64,000 nt of DNA from Gemmatimonadota bacterium (GTDB taxonomy: Bacteria > Gemmatimonadota > Gemmatimonadetes > Palauibacterales > Palauibacteraceae). Each line of letters opens with the position of its first letter. The stretch's first letter is position 1. Shown here one piece after another: positions 43,549 through 51,959 of this stretch. A program made the translations under genes and the position numbers. The stretch spans positions 1-64,000 of the forward strand of contig JBHIAV010000009.1 in the NCBI GenBank assembly GCA_046758745.1. Reading direction: 5' to 3'. The notes under the pieces were generated by a model, which saw nothing but the letters and a program-made list of their open reading frames with translations, was not told the DNA's origin and made no database searches.

Positions 43549-45450
43549 TTAGGGAGGGCGGTTCTCGAAGTACACCAGCCCTCCCCCGATCCCGCCGCTG
43601 AGCAGGTCGGCGTCTCCGTCTCCGTCGATGTCGGCGAAGATAGGCGTGGCGAGAGGGGGCAGGGGTACCGAAAGCGTGCTGTCGGGCACGAATGCGGCCC
43701 CCTCGCGCGTGCCGTCGTTGCGATAGTACGTCAGACCCGGGTCCTCCGAACCGAGCACGAGGTCCGGATCGCCATCGAGGTCCAGATCCACGAAGGACGG
43801 GAAGCTCCGCCGTCCGATGTCGATCTCACCGAACTCATCCGTCTCCATGGTGAAGGCGGAGCGCAGCGGGGTTCCCTCGTTTCGATAGAAGTTGAGCGTG
43901 CCCGAGGCCTCGCCGACGAAGAGGTCGAGGTCCCCGTCGGCGTCGATATCGACGAGAGCCGGCGTGCCGTTGCTCCCCCGGGTGAGCGTGACGAGCTGGG
44001 CATCCTCCAGAACGAATCGCGGCTCGACGGTGCTCCCCTCGTTGCGATAGAAGGCCACATCCGCCTTCCACGACCCGAGCAGGAGGTCAAGATCTCCATC
44101 GGCGTCGAGGTCGGCCAGCGCCGGTGAGTAGTGGTACAGGCCGCCGAGGTCGAGCGAGCCCGCAAGCCGGAAACGGGGTCGCTCCACCGTTCCTACATTG
44201 TCGAAACGGTAAACCCGGGAAGTGTGCGGGTCGTCGGGATCGATCTTGTTGGCAAGCAGCAGGTCGAGGTCCCCATCCCCATCGAGGTCGCCCACGGCCG
44301 GGATGCTCTCGCTCCCCACGTCCACTCCATTCAGGAAGCGCCGGGTCCGCAGGCCGAACTCCGCCTCCCCGTCGAGAAGATACAGATTGTCCGCCGCGGT
44401 GAGGATCGGGTTGTATGCCCCGCCGAGGACGCCGACGAGCAGGTCCACGGTCCCATTCCCGTCGACATCTCCGAAGGTCGGGGCGTTGTAACCGCTCGTT
44501 CGGAGGGGACGCGCCGGCGGAAAGGGGACGGGCTCGCCCCGCAGCACCGGGACCTCGCACGATCCTGTGTTCTCGATGAACAGGAGGCCGGGCTCGAAGA
44601 AGTCGCCCCAGAAGAGGTCCTCGTCGCCATCGTGGTCGATGTCGACCAGCTCCATCGTGTTCGCTCCGTGCCGGCTCCCGATTCGCGCGACGATCTCGAT
44701 GTCCTGGAATCGATCGGTCACCAGACGGAAGCGCGGCACCCCATGTGCCCCCTCCTCCTCCGCCTCGTATCGGGTGACCGTGCCTACCAGGCGGCCGAGC
44801 AGGAGGTCCGGCCGGCCGTCGCAGTCGACATCCGCCACGTTCGGAATGTTCTGGCGATCCGAAAAGATCGGCACACCCTCCACGTCACGGAGGGTATCGG
44901 CCGCGAGGACGAAGAAGGGGCTCTGCGGCCCGCCGTCGTTTCGGTAGTAGCGGATGTGGCTGAACCGCTCTTCGGCGAGGAGGTCGAAGTCTCCGTCGTC
45001 GTCCATGTCAACAAAGCGGTACCACTCTCCCACATCGAGCCCCAGGTACCGATCCGTCCGCCACAGGAAGCGGCCCTCTCCCGGGGGGCCGACCTGCTCG
45101 AAGAACATGAGCTGACCGGAGAGCTCCTGTACGAAGAGATCCAGGTCCCCGTCGCCGTCGATATCGAGGAGCTGCGGTCGCGGAACGTTCAGTCCTCCGA
45201 GGAGCGGGTGCTCGTACCGGATCCCATCGGTGTCGCTGATCTCGAACGCGCCGACCGCGCGCACGAAGCGCACACCGGACCCGGGGTGCGCCGCCTGTGG
45301 CCAGGAGTCCGGCGCGGGATGCGAGGTGCAAGCGGCCAGAAGGGAAGCGCACGCCAGGCAGGCCGCCGTGGGAAAACCGAGCTGTCCGAGGCGGCTTCGC
45401 GCGTCCGTCCCATCGATGGCCGACCGAGCGGACGCGAGCGCTGGAGGCAC
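43549..45450 (-). CDS. FG-GAP/VCBS repeat beta-propeller lipoprotein (Ca2+-binding loops)
   Basis: Lipobox LLAAC; about 10 DxDxDGDxDL loops; start uncertain. Confidence 0.87.
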   Translation of the reverse strand: MPPALASARSAIDGTDARSRLGQLGFPTAACLACASLLAACTSHPAPDSWPQAAHPGSGVRFVRAVGAFEISDTDGIRYEHPLLGGLNVPRPQLLDIDGDGDLDLFVQELSGQLMFFEQVGPPGEGRFLWRTDRYLGLDVGEWYRFVDMDDDGDFDLLAEERFSHIRYYRNDGGPQSPFFVLAADTLRDVEGVPIFSDRQNIPNVADVDCDGRPDLLLGRLVGTVTRYEAEEEGAHGVPRFRLVTDRFQDIEIVARIGSRHGANTMELVDIDHDGDEDLFWGDFFEPGLLFIENTGSCEVPVLRGEPVPFPPARPLRTSGYNAPTFGDVDGNGTVDLLVGVLGGAYNPILTAADNLYLLDGEAEFGLRTRRFLNGVDVGSESIPAVGDLDGDGDLDLLLANKIDPDDPHTSRVYRFDNVGTVERPRFRLAGSLDLGGLYHYSPALADLDADGDLDLLLGSWKADVAFYRNEGSTVEPRFVLEDAQLVTLTRGSNGTPALVDIDADGDLDLFVGEASGTLNFYRNEGTPLRSAFTMETDEFGEIDIGRRSFPSFVDLDLDGDPDLVLGSEDPGLTYYRNDGTREGAAFVPDSTLSVPLPPLATPIFADIDGDGDADLLSGGIGGGLVYFENRPP

Positions 45451-45537
45451 GGCGGGGGTCAGGGAGGGGGCGGGGTGGCCAGCCCCGTCGGATTCGGCTG
45501 TCGGTCGATCACCAGCGCACGATTCAGGGGGCGCCGG

Positions 45538-47967
45538 CTACGGCACCAGCTCGGGGCGCTTCTTCACGATGAACACGCCTTCGGAGCCGCTCGTAACGAC
45601 GAGCGTACCGCTCTCGAAGAAGGGATAGTTGCTCCAGGACCCACCCATCCCCGGTGTGTTCTCCCCGTACGGGACCGTGTCGAAGAACGCGATCTCTACA
45701 GGATGCTCCACATCCCGAATGTCGACCACGCGGAGACCGGCCCGGTAGTTCGACTGATACATGTAGTGCCCGCGGATGTACAGGTTGTGGTCCGTCGCCT
45801 TCGTCTCCCCGAAGTATTCCTTGAGGAGGACCGGGTCGTCGAGGTCCGTCACGTCCCAGATCAACGTCCGGGTCCGCGACAAGTCGCCCGAAAGCTCATC
45901 CAGCTCGTCGTCCATGAAAAAGTACCGGTGGTCCTCGGTGAGCCAGCCCTGGTGAGCGTAGCCCACGTTCGGGTACTCCGCTCGGGAGACGGCGACCGGG
46001 TGCTCCTTCTCCGTCACATCGGAGATACTCAGTGCCGTTTCGTTGGCACCGAAGCAGATTTCCCTTCCCCGATGCTCCGCGTCAGGACCGTGGTACACGA
46101 CGCACTGGGCGTCGTGTGTGTACCCGGTCTTCCGCCGGCCGGTCGATGAGTCGGCGAAGCAGCCCGCGAAGGTCGGCTTCTCGGGGTCCCGGATGTCGAT
46201 CATGTGCAGGCCGCCCCCACACGTCTCTCCGCCGCTGCTGGTCCCCACCGCGAAGGCGAATCCCGTCTCTTCGTTGATCACGATGTTGTGGGCGCTGTGG
46301 ATCCCGTCATAGTGTGCCGTCTCCTCAAAGGTGACCGGCGGGTTCGAGACGGAGCGGAGCCGGGTCAGATCGAATACCTGCATGCCGTGCTCACCCGCCC
46401 CGTCCGAGACGATGAAGGCGTGGTTCTCGTACACCTTGATGTCCCGCCACACGCTTCCCGGCGATCCTTCCGTCTTTGGCAAGTCACCGAGATACACGGG
46501 GTTGTACGGATCGCTGATATCGATGAACGAGGTGCCGTCGACACGTCCGACGAGGGCGTACTCCCTGCCGGTCTGCGGATCGGTCCAACCCCACACATCG
46601 TTCACTCGAGCGCCGCGTCCCCCCCCGATCGCCGAGACCGGCAGGAAGGAGAGGAGATCGAGCTCGCTGCAGTCGAAGAGCGAGGCTGAACCGCCGGTGC
46701 ACTCCACCTCTCCGCCGATGATCGGGTCGAGGCTCTCGGCCTCACTGAGCACGGTAGCGCTCTCCTTCCACACCCCACCGCTGCCGCTCCGCTCGAAGAT
46801 GACCGCCGCGCCGGCCCCGTAGTCATCTCCGAGCACGCCGGCCACGCCGACGCCGCCCCGGGCCGCCAGGGACCCGGCGAAGAAATCTCCTCTTTCAAGT
46901 CCATCGTGCGCCAGCTTGGCTGCCGCGGCCCAGCCGCCGGTGGCCGCGTCGCGGCGGATGCGGTAGACGGTGCCGGCGAAGCGCGATGCGCCGGGCGCGC
47001 CGACGAACACATCCGCTCCCGCGAAGGCAAGCGTGCTGCCGAATCGGCTCTGGCGCTCTCCGTCGAACGGAACCAGGCGGGACCGCTCCGTCCACTCTCC
47101 GGTGTCGCGGTCGTACCGGAACTCGAACACGGCGCCCCTGTAGCCATCGTGTCCCGGTGCGCCGATGAAGGCGACGTCTTCGGCCAGCATGAGCGAAGAC
47201 CCGAAGCCGCCCTCCTTCTCGATCCCTGTCCCCCGCAGCTTGGCTTCCTCTGTCCAGCCGCCGGTGGCGGCATCGTGGCGGAAGACATACGCGCTGCCGG
47301 CCGCACTGTCCTGCCGGGAAGCACCGATGATCGCTACATCGCCATGCAGGGACACGGCCGCGCCGAAGCGATCTCCGGGCTCGAGGTCGGCCGGCACCAC
47401 CCGCGCCTGTCGTGACCAGTCTCCCGACGTCGGGTCATGCCGGTACACGTACGCCGCGCCGGTACTGTCGTCCTCCGCGAACGAGCCGATGAGGGCGACA
47501 TCCCCGATCAGGGCGAGAGCCGTGCCGAAGGAGCCCCGACCCTTACCCTCGTCCGGGACGATGCGGACCTCCGGTACCCACTTTCCCACGGCGACCCGGC
47601 GAAAAACGTGCACCACGCCGGCGGCGTGGCCCTCGGCTCCCGAACCGACCAGGAGAGTGTTGCCGTCCACGGCGAGAGAGCGACCGAAGCCGTCACCCGT
47701 GGCCGCCTCAGGGGCTACGAGACGCGCGGCTTCCTTCCAGGCACCGGTCGGGGCGTCGCGGCGGTACAGGTAAACGATGCCGGAACGGAAGTGGTTCTCC
47801 GGTTCACCGACGAAGATCTCGCCGTCTCCCACCGCGACGGCGCGGCCGAAGCCGGTGAAGGTGCTGACCTCGTGGCCGGGGTCCGATCGGAAGGACTGGG
47901 CCTTCACGGGCGTCGCCGCGCCCGCAATCACCAGAAGAGCCAGCAGTTGGCAGCCAGACAGCTTCAA
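45538..47967 (-). CDS. secreted FG-GAP repeat protein with choice-of-anchor B domain
   Basis: Signal peptide; FGxxxA...GA...GxxYxF repeats; NDVWGWTDPQTGREYALVG, WRDIKVY, SAHNI, YTHDAQC, YAHQGWLTED and GSWSNYPFF. Confidence 0.88.
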   Translation of the reverse strand: MKLSGCQLLALLVIAGAATPVKAQSFRSDPGHEVSTFTGFGRAVAVGDGEIFVGEPENHFRSGIVYLYRRDAPTGAWKEAARLVAPEAATGDGFGRSLAVDGNTLLVGSGAEGHAAGVVHVFRRVAVGKWVPEVRIVPDEGKGRGSFGTALALIGDVALIGSFAEDDSTGAAYVYRHDPTSGDWSRQARVVPADLEPGDRFGAAVSLHGDVAIIGASRQDSAAGSAYVFRHDAATGGWTEEAKLRGTGIEKEGGFGSSLMLAEDVAFIGAPGHDGYRGAVFEFRYDRDTGEWTERSRLVPFDGERQSRFGSTLAFAGADVFVGAPGASRFAGTVYRIRRDAATGGWAAAAKLAHDGLERGDFFAGSLAARGGVGVAGVLGDDYGAGAAVIFERSGSGGVWKESATVLSEAESLDPIIGGEVECTGGSASLFDCSELDLLSFLPVSAIGGGRGARVNDVWGWTDPQTGREYALVGRVDGTSFIDISDPYNPVYLGDLPKTEGSPGSVWRDIKVYENHAFIVSDGAGEHGMQVFDLTRLRSVSNPPVTFEETAHYDGIHSAHNIVINEETGFAFAVGTSSGGETCGGGLHMIDIRDPEKPTFAGCFADSSTGRRKTGYTHDAQCVVYHGPDAEHRGREICFGANETALSISDVTEKEHPVAVSRAEYPNVGYAHQGWLTEDHRYFFMDDELDELSGDLSRTRTLIWDVTDLDDPVLLKEYFGETKATDHNLYIRGHYMYQSNYRAGLRVVDIRDVEHPVEIAFFDTVPYGENTPGMGGSWSNYPFFESGTLVVTSGSEGVFIVKKRPELVP

Positions 47968-48307
47968 GGATCACCTCGCTGAAAAAGAGCCGCACGCATG
48001 CCCTTGTGGAGAGGCTCTCGGTCCCGCCGGCAGGCTTCTCCTCCTTGGATGTCCGGCGGGCGCGCTCCTGTTCCCGGAGCCCTGCGGGTAGCTCCGGTCG
48101 GGAGGCGACGCGAGCGCCTCCCGATCGCGCCTTAGACACTTTCGCACCCCATCCCGTTTACCGACCCGGCAAAAACTCTAAGCTCGAGGAGGCTCGAACG
48201 GGAGAGGATGCGGCCTCAGCCAGCCGGCCCGAGTGCTCGAAATCATCTCATGTGTGTAGATGTAATCCCATATATTGTACTTAATTATGAGAATCAGAAC
48301 CGGTGCA

Positions 48308-48826
48308 TTACGACGACGGCGTCTGCCTCCGGTAGACCCGGACCTGCGGCTCCTCCGAGGGTCGGGAGGTTACGATCACGAGATCCGGGCCGCTACGCAC
48401 CCCCACGACGAGCCTGTCCGGCTCCGGAGGATCGTCCTCTACGAAGGAGATCTGGATTCCCTCGACGCTGTAGCTGCCCTCCTCGGTCTCCGTCCAAGGC
48501 CGAATCGTGGAGGACTCTCCCGTCTTCTCATCCACGCAGTCTCCGCCTCGCGTCTCCATCCGAGCATACCGGCCGTCGGCGCTGAGTTGCAGGGAGCCGG
48601 AAAGAACCTTCTCCTCGCACGTCAGGTTCTCGAGGGTCGTCTTTCGCAGCAGCGCAGGCAGGCTCTGGCCGTTCAGGGAAGACAGCCGGTGGATTCCGAG
48701 GAGCTCCGGCGGCCGGGGTGGCTGCGAAGCGGCGGTCGGAGACTCGCCCGAACCACAGGCGGCCAGCGGAAGAAGAAGCAGCAACCGAGTGACCGGCGTC
48801 GGGGACACTATCCGCAACCGCGGCAC
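48308..48826 (-). CDS. hypothetical lipoprotein (lipocalin-like)
   Basis: Lipobox LLLPLAAC; GIHRLSSLNGQSLP...GSLQLSADGRY...EGSYSVEG. Confidence 0.7.
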   Translation of the reverse strand: MPRLRIVSPTPVTRLLLLLPLAACGSGESPTAASQPPRPPELLGIHRLSSLNGQSLPALLRKTTLENLTCEEKVLSGSLQLSADGRYARMETRGGDCVDEKTGESSTIRPWTETEEGSYSVEGIQISFVEDDPPEPDRLVVGVRSGPDLVIVTSRPSEEPQVRVYRRQTPSS

Positions 48827-48885
48827 GACCGACTCTAAGGCCCGACCACAACGACTATGGTGGAGTCAACCTGAGGGCTCTCGAC

Positions 48886-49095
48886 TCAGTTCTCCAGCGT
48901 GAAGCCGAGCTTCGTCGTCACCTGCCAGTGCGCGATCGCACCATTATCTATGTGGCCGCGGATCTCCGTCACCTCGAACCACCGCAGGTTGTGGAGAGTC
49001 TTCGCGGCCCGCAAGACGGCGTTGGTGATGGCGTCTTCGATCGAGGATGAGGAAGAGCCCGTGAGCTCGATAGACTTGTAGACGTGATCCGTCAT
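48886..49095 (-). CDS. dodecin (flavin-binding protein)
   Basis: [15 protein letters not shown]...[13 protein letters not shown]...[21 protein letters not shown]. Confidence 0.95.
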   Translation of the reverse strand: MTDHVYKSIELTGSSSSSIEDAITNAVLRAAKTLHNLRWFEVTEIRGHIDNGAIAHWQVTTKLGFTLEN

Positions 49096-49426
49096 AGGGG
49101 CCTCCCGGATCGGGTGTCGTCGTGCCTGGCTGATTGTAGCCTGGGCCAGGGTCCGAGCCCAGACCCCACCCCCCGGCACCCACTCACGACACCGCTATGC
49201 GTCGTGGGCCTGGCCAGGCGCTCCGATCAGAAGTTGGTAGCGGGCCGCGTGACTGCTCCGTGCGCTGCGCTGTAGCATCCGGAAAGAGCAGTGGATGCAG
49301 CTTCGACGCGATCGCCGGCGCCCGACCCCGCACACCCGACGCGTCGCCTGACAGCTCTAGCCGACGAGGAGTGATCCCCCTCGCGCCGCCGGTCGCTCTA
49401 CGCCTGCACGGAGCCTATGATCGGCC

Positions 49427-49930
49427 TCAGGAAACACCTGGGAGCGAATTGTCGCTGTTCCACATGTTGCGCGCCGCCTTCCAGGATCCGTCGGGCTGAC
49501 GCTGAAAAATCGCCACCCACTTGCCGGAGTCGGTGAGCGGCTGGCCAGCTCCCGGAGTGACGGTCAGGCCATACGTGCCCCAGCCGTACGCCAGATCGCC
49601 CGCTACCTGAATCTCGTCCGTCCACAGGTCGGCCTCGAGGACCCCTTGCTCGAAGAAGGCCTGAAGCCAACTGCGGATCGCCTCCGCGCCGATCAAGGCC
49701 GGCTCGTTCGGCGGCATGGCCACCGGGTCGCCGGCGTAGAGCGAGAGCAGACCCTCCACATCCCGATCGTCGAGAGCGCCGTCCCATCGCTCGAGCAGAG
49801 CGCTTATCGCTTCGACATCCGCTTCGGAAGCGGCCACTCCGGCTCGTTCTCCGCGGTCCGCGCTCGGTGCGCAGGCGGTAGACAGGAGAATGAATACGAG
49901 CACGGAGGCCACGTGTCCCCTATCTCTCAT
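49427..49930 (-). CDS. NTF2-like (DUF4440/YybH) lipoprotein
   Basis: Lipobox STAC, LYAGDPVAMPPNEP, GDLAYGWG and GKWVAIFQRQPDGSWK. Confidence 0.85.
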   Translation of the reverse strand: MRDRGHVASVLVFILLSTACAPSADRGERAGVAASEADVEAISALLERWDGALDDRDVEGLLSLYAGDPVAMPPNEPALIGAEAIRSWLQAFFEQGVLEADLWTDEIQVAGDLAYGWGTYGLTVTPGAGQPLTDSGKWVAIFQRQPDGSWKAARNMWNSDNSLPGVS

Positions 49931-50133
49931 CGGACCAACCTCCTTCAAGATCGAGTTGAGAAGAGCGGAGGGCTCCAGGTCCTCCGCAAACCGCACCGGT
50001 ACTCATGGGGAAGGCGTGCTGTGTCGCTTGCCGTCGGATATGAGGTGACTGAGGTGATATCCAAGCTAACTGATCCGCCCCGGGATGGATAGCCGGGCCC
50101 CGGTCTCCGGCCACGGCCGGGCCTCGTCGAGCC

Positions 50134-50238
50134 CTATCGACGCTTCTTTCGCTTTCGGCGCTTGCTCATCTCCTTCCGCTTCCGTCGGCCGATCTTCCGT
50201 CGGCCCGATTTCTTCAGCTTGGGTCTCTTCCGCGCCAT
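50134..50238 (-). CDS. 34-aa extremely basic small protein
   Basis: MARKRPKLKKSGRRKIGRRKRKEMSKRRKRKKRR*; purine-rich RBS (GAGAGTGAAGG); shorter than anything in the supplied ORF track. Confidence 0.65.
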   Translation of the reverse strand: MARKRPKLKKSGRRKIGRRKRKEMSKRRKRKKRR

Positions 50239-50686
50239 GCCTTCACTCTCTGACGGGCTGAATCCGATTGGCCGCTTCCGGCTGCGTTCGTTCCCAGGCC
50301 TGTCCCATTGTCTCGGAGGGCGAGGAATAACTGCACCGCGGTGCGGTTCGCAACCGGAGTGCTACCCTGCTCTTTCCCAATGGTCCGTGAAGAGACCCGA
50401 CACGGCCGCCGTGAGCCGGTAACCCTCGACCACCACCGCCGGAGACCCGAACCTCCTGGTATCCAGCCGGAGCCAGCCGGCCGAGGCTACCGCGCTGGCG
50501 GTCCCTCCAGGTATCTTCCGCAAGCCAAGGCCGCTGGCAACCCGGGGTGGTCTGCCTTCACGGAGCTCGGCCAGACGGGCATTGCGGCTGTCGCGTGGAC
50601 CGGGCCCACCCGGCTTCCGTATGTGACGTGTGTGACGTGCCGGTGGAGGACGGTGGCCTTCCCAATCTCTCATCTCGAGGCCGGCC

Positions 50687-51892
50687 ATGCTAGGTCATCT
50701 GCTCGAGACCACCGCCAGAAGCTTGCTGGAACGTGCCGGAGTGCACATCAACGGAGCTCGTCCGTGGGATGTCCGCGTCCACAATGAACGGTTTTACAGG
50801 AGCGTACTCTTTCGGGGCTCTCTCGGTCTCGGCGAGTCCTACATGAATGGCGATTGGGATTGCGAAAACGTCGATGAGCTCGTTCACAGAATCCTCAGCA
50901 CGGATCTGGACGTCCCATCATGGTGCGCCCTCCCCGCACGTGTGAGAGCGGTGTCGAGAAGGGCGAAGGCGAGTCTTCGCAATCTGCAGTCCCGGCGTGG
51001 CTCGACATTTCTCGCCGAATACCACTACGAGCGAGATCCGGCACTTTTCGAGGCGTTTCTGGATCCGTACAACCAGTATACATGCGGCTATTTCGATGAG
51101 ACGGATGATCTGAACCGGGCCCAGAGAAAGAAGCTCGAACTCATCTGCAGGAAACTACAGCTGCAACCCTCTGATCGAGTGCTGGACATCGGCTGTGGCT
51201 GGGGCGGATTCGCCAGATACGCGGCGGAGAACTACGGCGTCCACGTTACCGGCGTGACCATCTCGCGAGCGCAGGCACGGTATGCCAGGAAGTTCACGGA
51301 GGGTCTGCCCGTCGAGATCATCGAGAGAGACTACAGAGACCTCGGCGGGGACAGCGCCCTGGAAGGGTTCGACAGGGTTCTCGTGTGCGGGATGATCGAG
51401 CATGTGGGACGGAAGAACTACAGAAGATTGATGAGGGTGGTTCACGACAGCCTGTCCGACGATGGTCTCTTCCTGCTGCACACGATAGGGCGAAACACCC
51501 CGGCGAGAGTCACGGATCCCTGGATCGCCAAGTACATCTTCCCCAACTCGATGATCCCCTCGCTCAGCCAACTTGCTGCGGCGCATGAAGGGCTGCTCAT
51601 CCTCCATGATCTGCATGATTTCGCGCACTGTTATGACAACACCCTGTTGGCGTGGCATCGCAGGTTCAACGACAACTGGGACAGCATCAGATCGACTCGA
51701 GAGCGCCCCACACCCTATGATGGACGTTTTCGACGAATGTGGAACTACTACCTACTCGCTTCGGCGGGCGCGTTCCGAGCGCGGAAGCTTCAGCTGTGGC
51801 AGTTCGTCTTTTCCAAGCATGGGATTGCAGGCGCGTATGTGCCGGTCCGCACGGTGAGGGAACCGGAAGCCGAGGAGAGCGCCGTCGGCTAG
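50687..51892 (+). CDS. cfa: cyclopropane fatty acyl phospholipid synthase
   Basis: GSLGLGESYMNGDW, YTCGY, KKLELICRKL, VLDIGCGWG, EHVGRKNY, WIAKYIFP and RMWNYYL. Confidence 0.93.
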   Translation: MLGHLLETTARSLLERAGVHINGARPWDVRVHNERFYRSVLFRGSLGLGESYMNGDWDCENVDELVHRILSTDLDVPSWCALPARVRAVSRRAKASLRNLQSRRGSTFLAEYHYERDPALFEAFLDPYNQYTCGYFDETDDLNRAQRKKLELICRKLQLQPSDRVLDIGCGWGGFARYAAENYGVHVTGVTISRAQARYARKFTEGLPVEIIERDYRDLGGDSALEGFDRVLVCGMIEHVGRKNYRRLMRVVHDSLSDDGLFLLHTIGRNTPARVTDPWIAKYIFPNSMIPSLSQLAAAHEGLLILHDLHDFAHCYDNTLLAWHRRFNDNWDSIRSTRERPTPYDGRFRRMWNYYLLASAGAFRARKLQLWQFVFSKHGIAGAYVPVRTVREPEAEESAVG

Positions 51893-51959
51893 CTCTCGCG
51901 CACGGGTAGGAGACGGCGAGGGTGTTCCGGAGGCGACGCTACTAACGGAGACAACGGCC

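Noticed and set aside
50622-50639. Tandem TGTGACGTG x2 upstream of cfa
   Set aside because: Only two copies, and not a CRP-type inverted site; not enough evidence for function.
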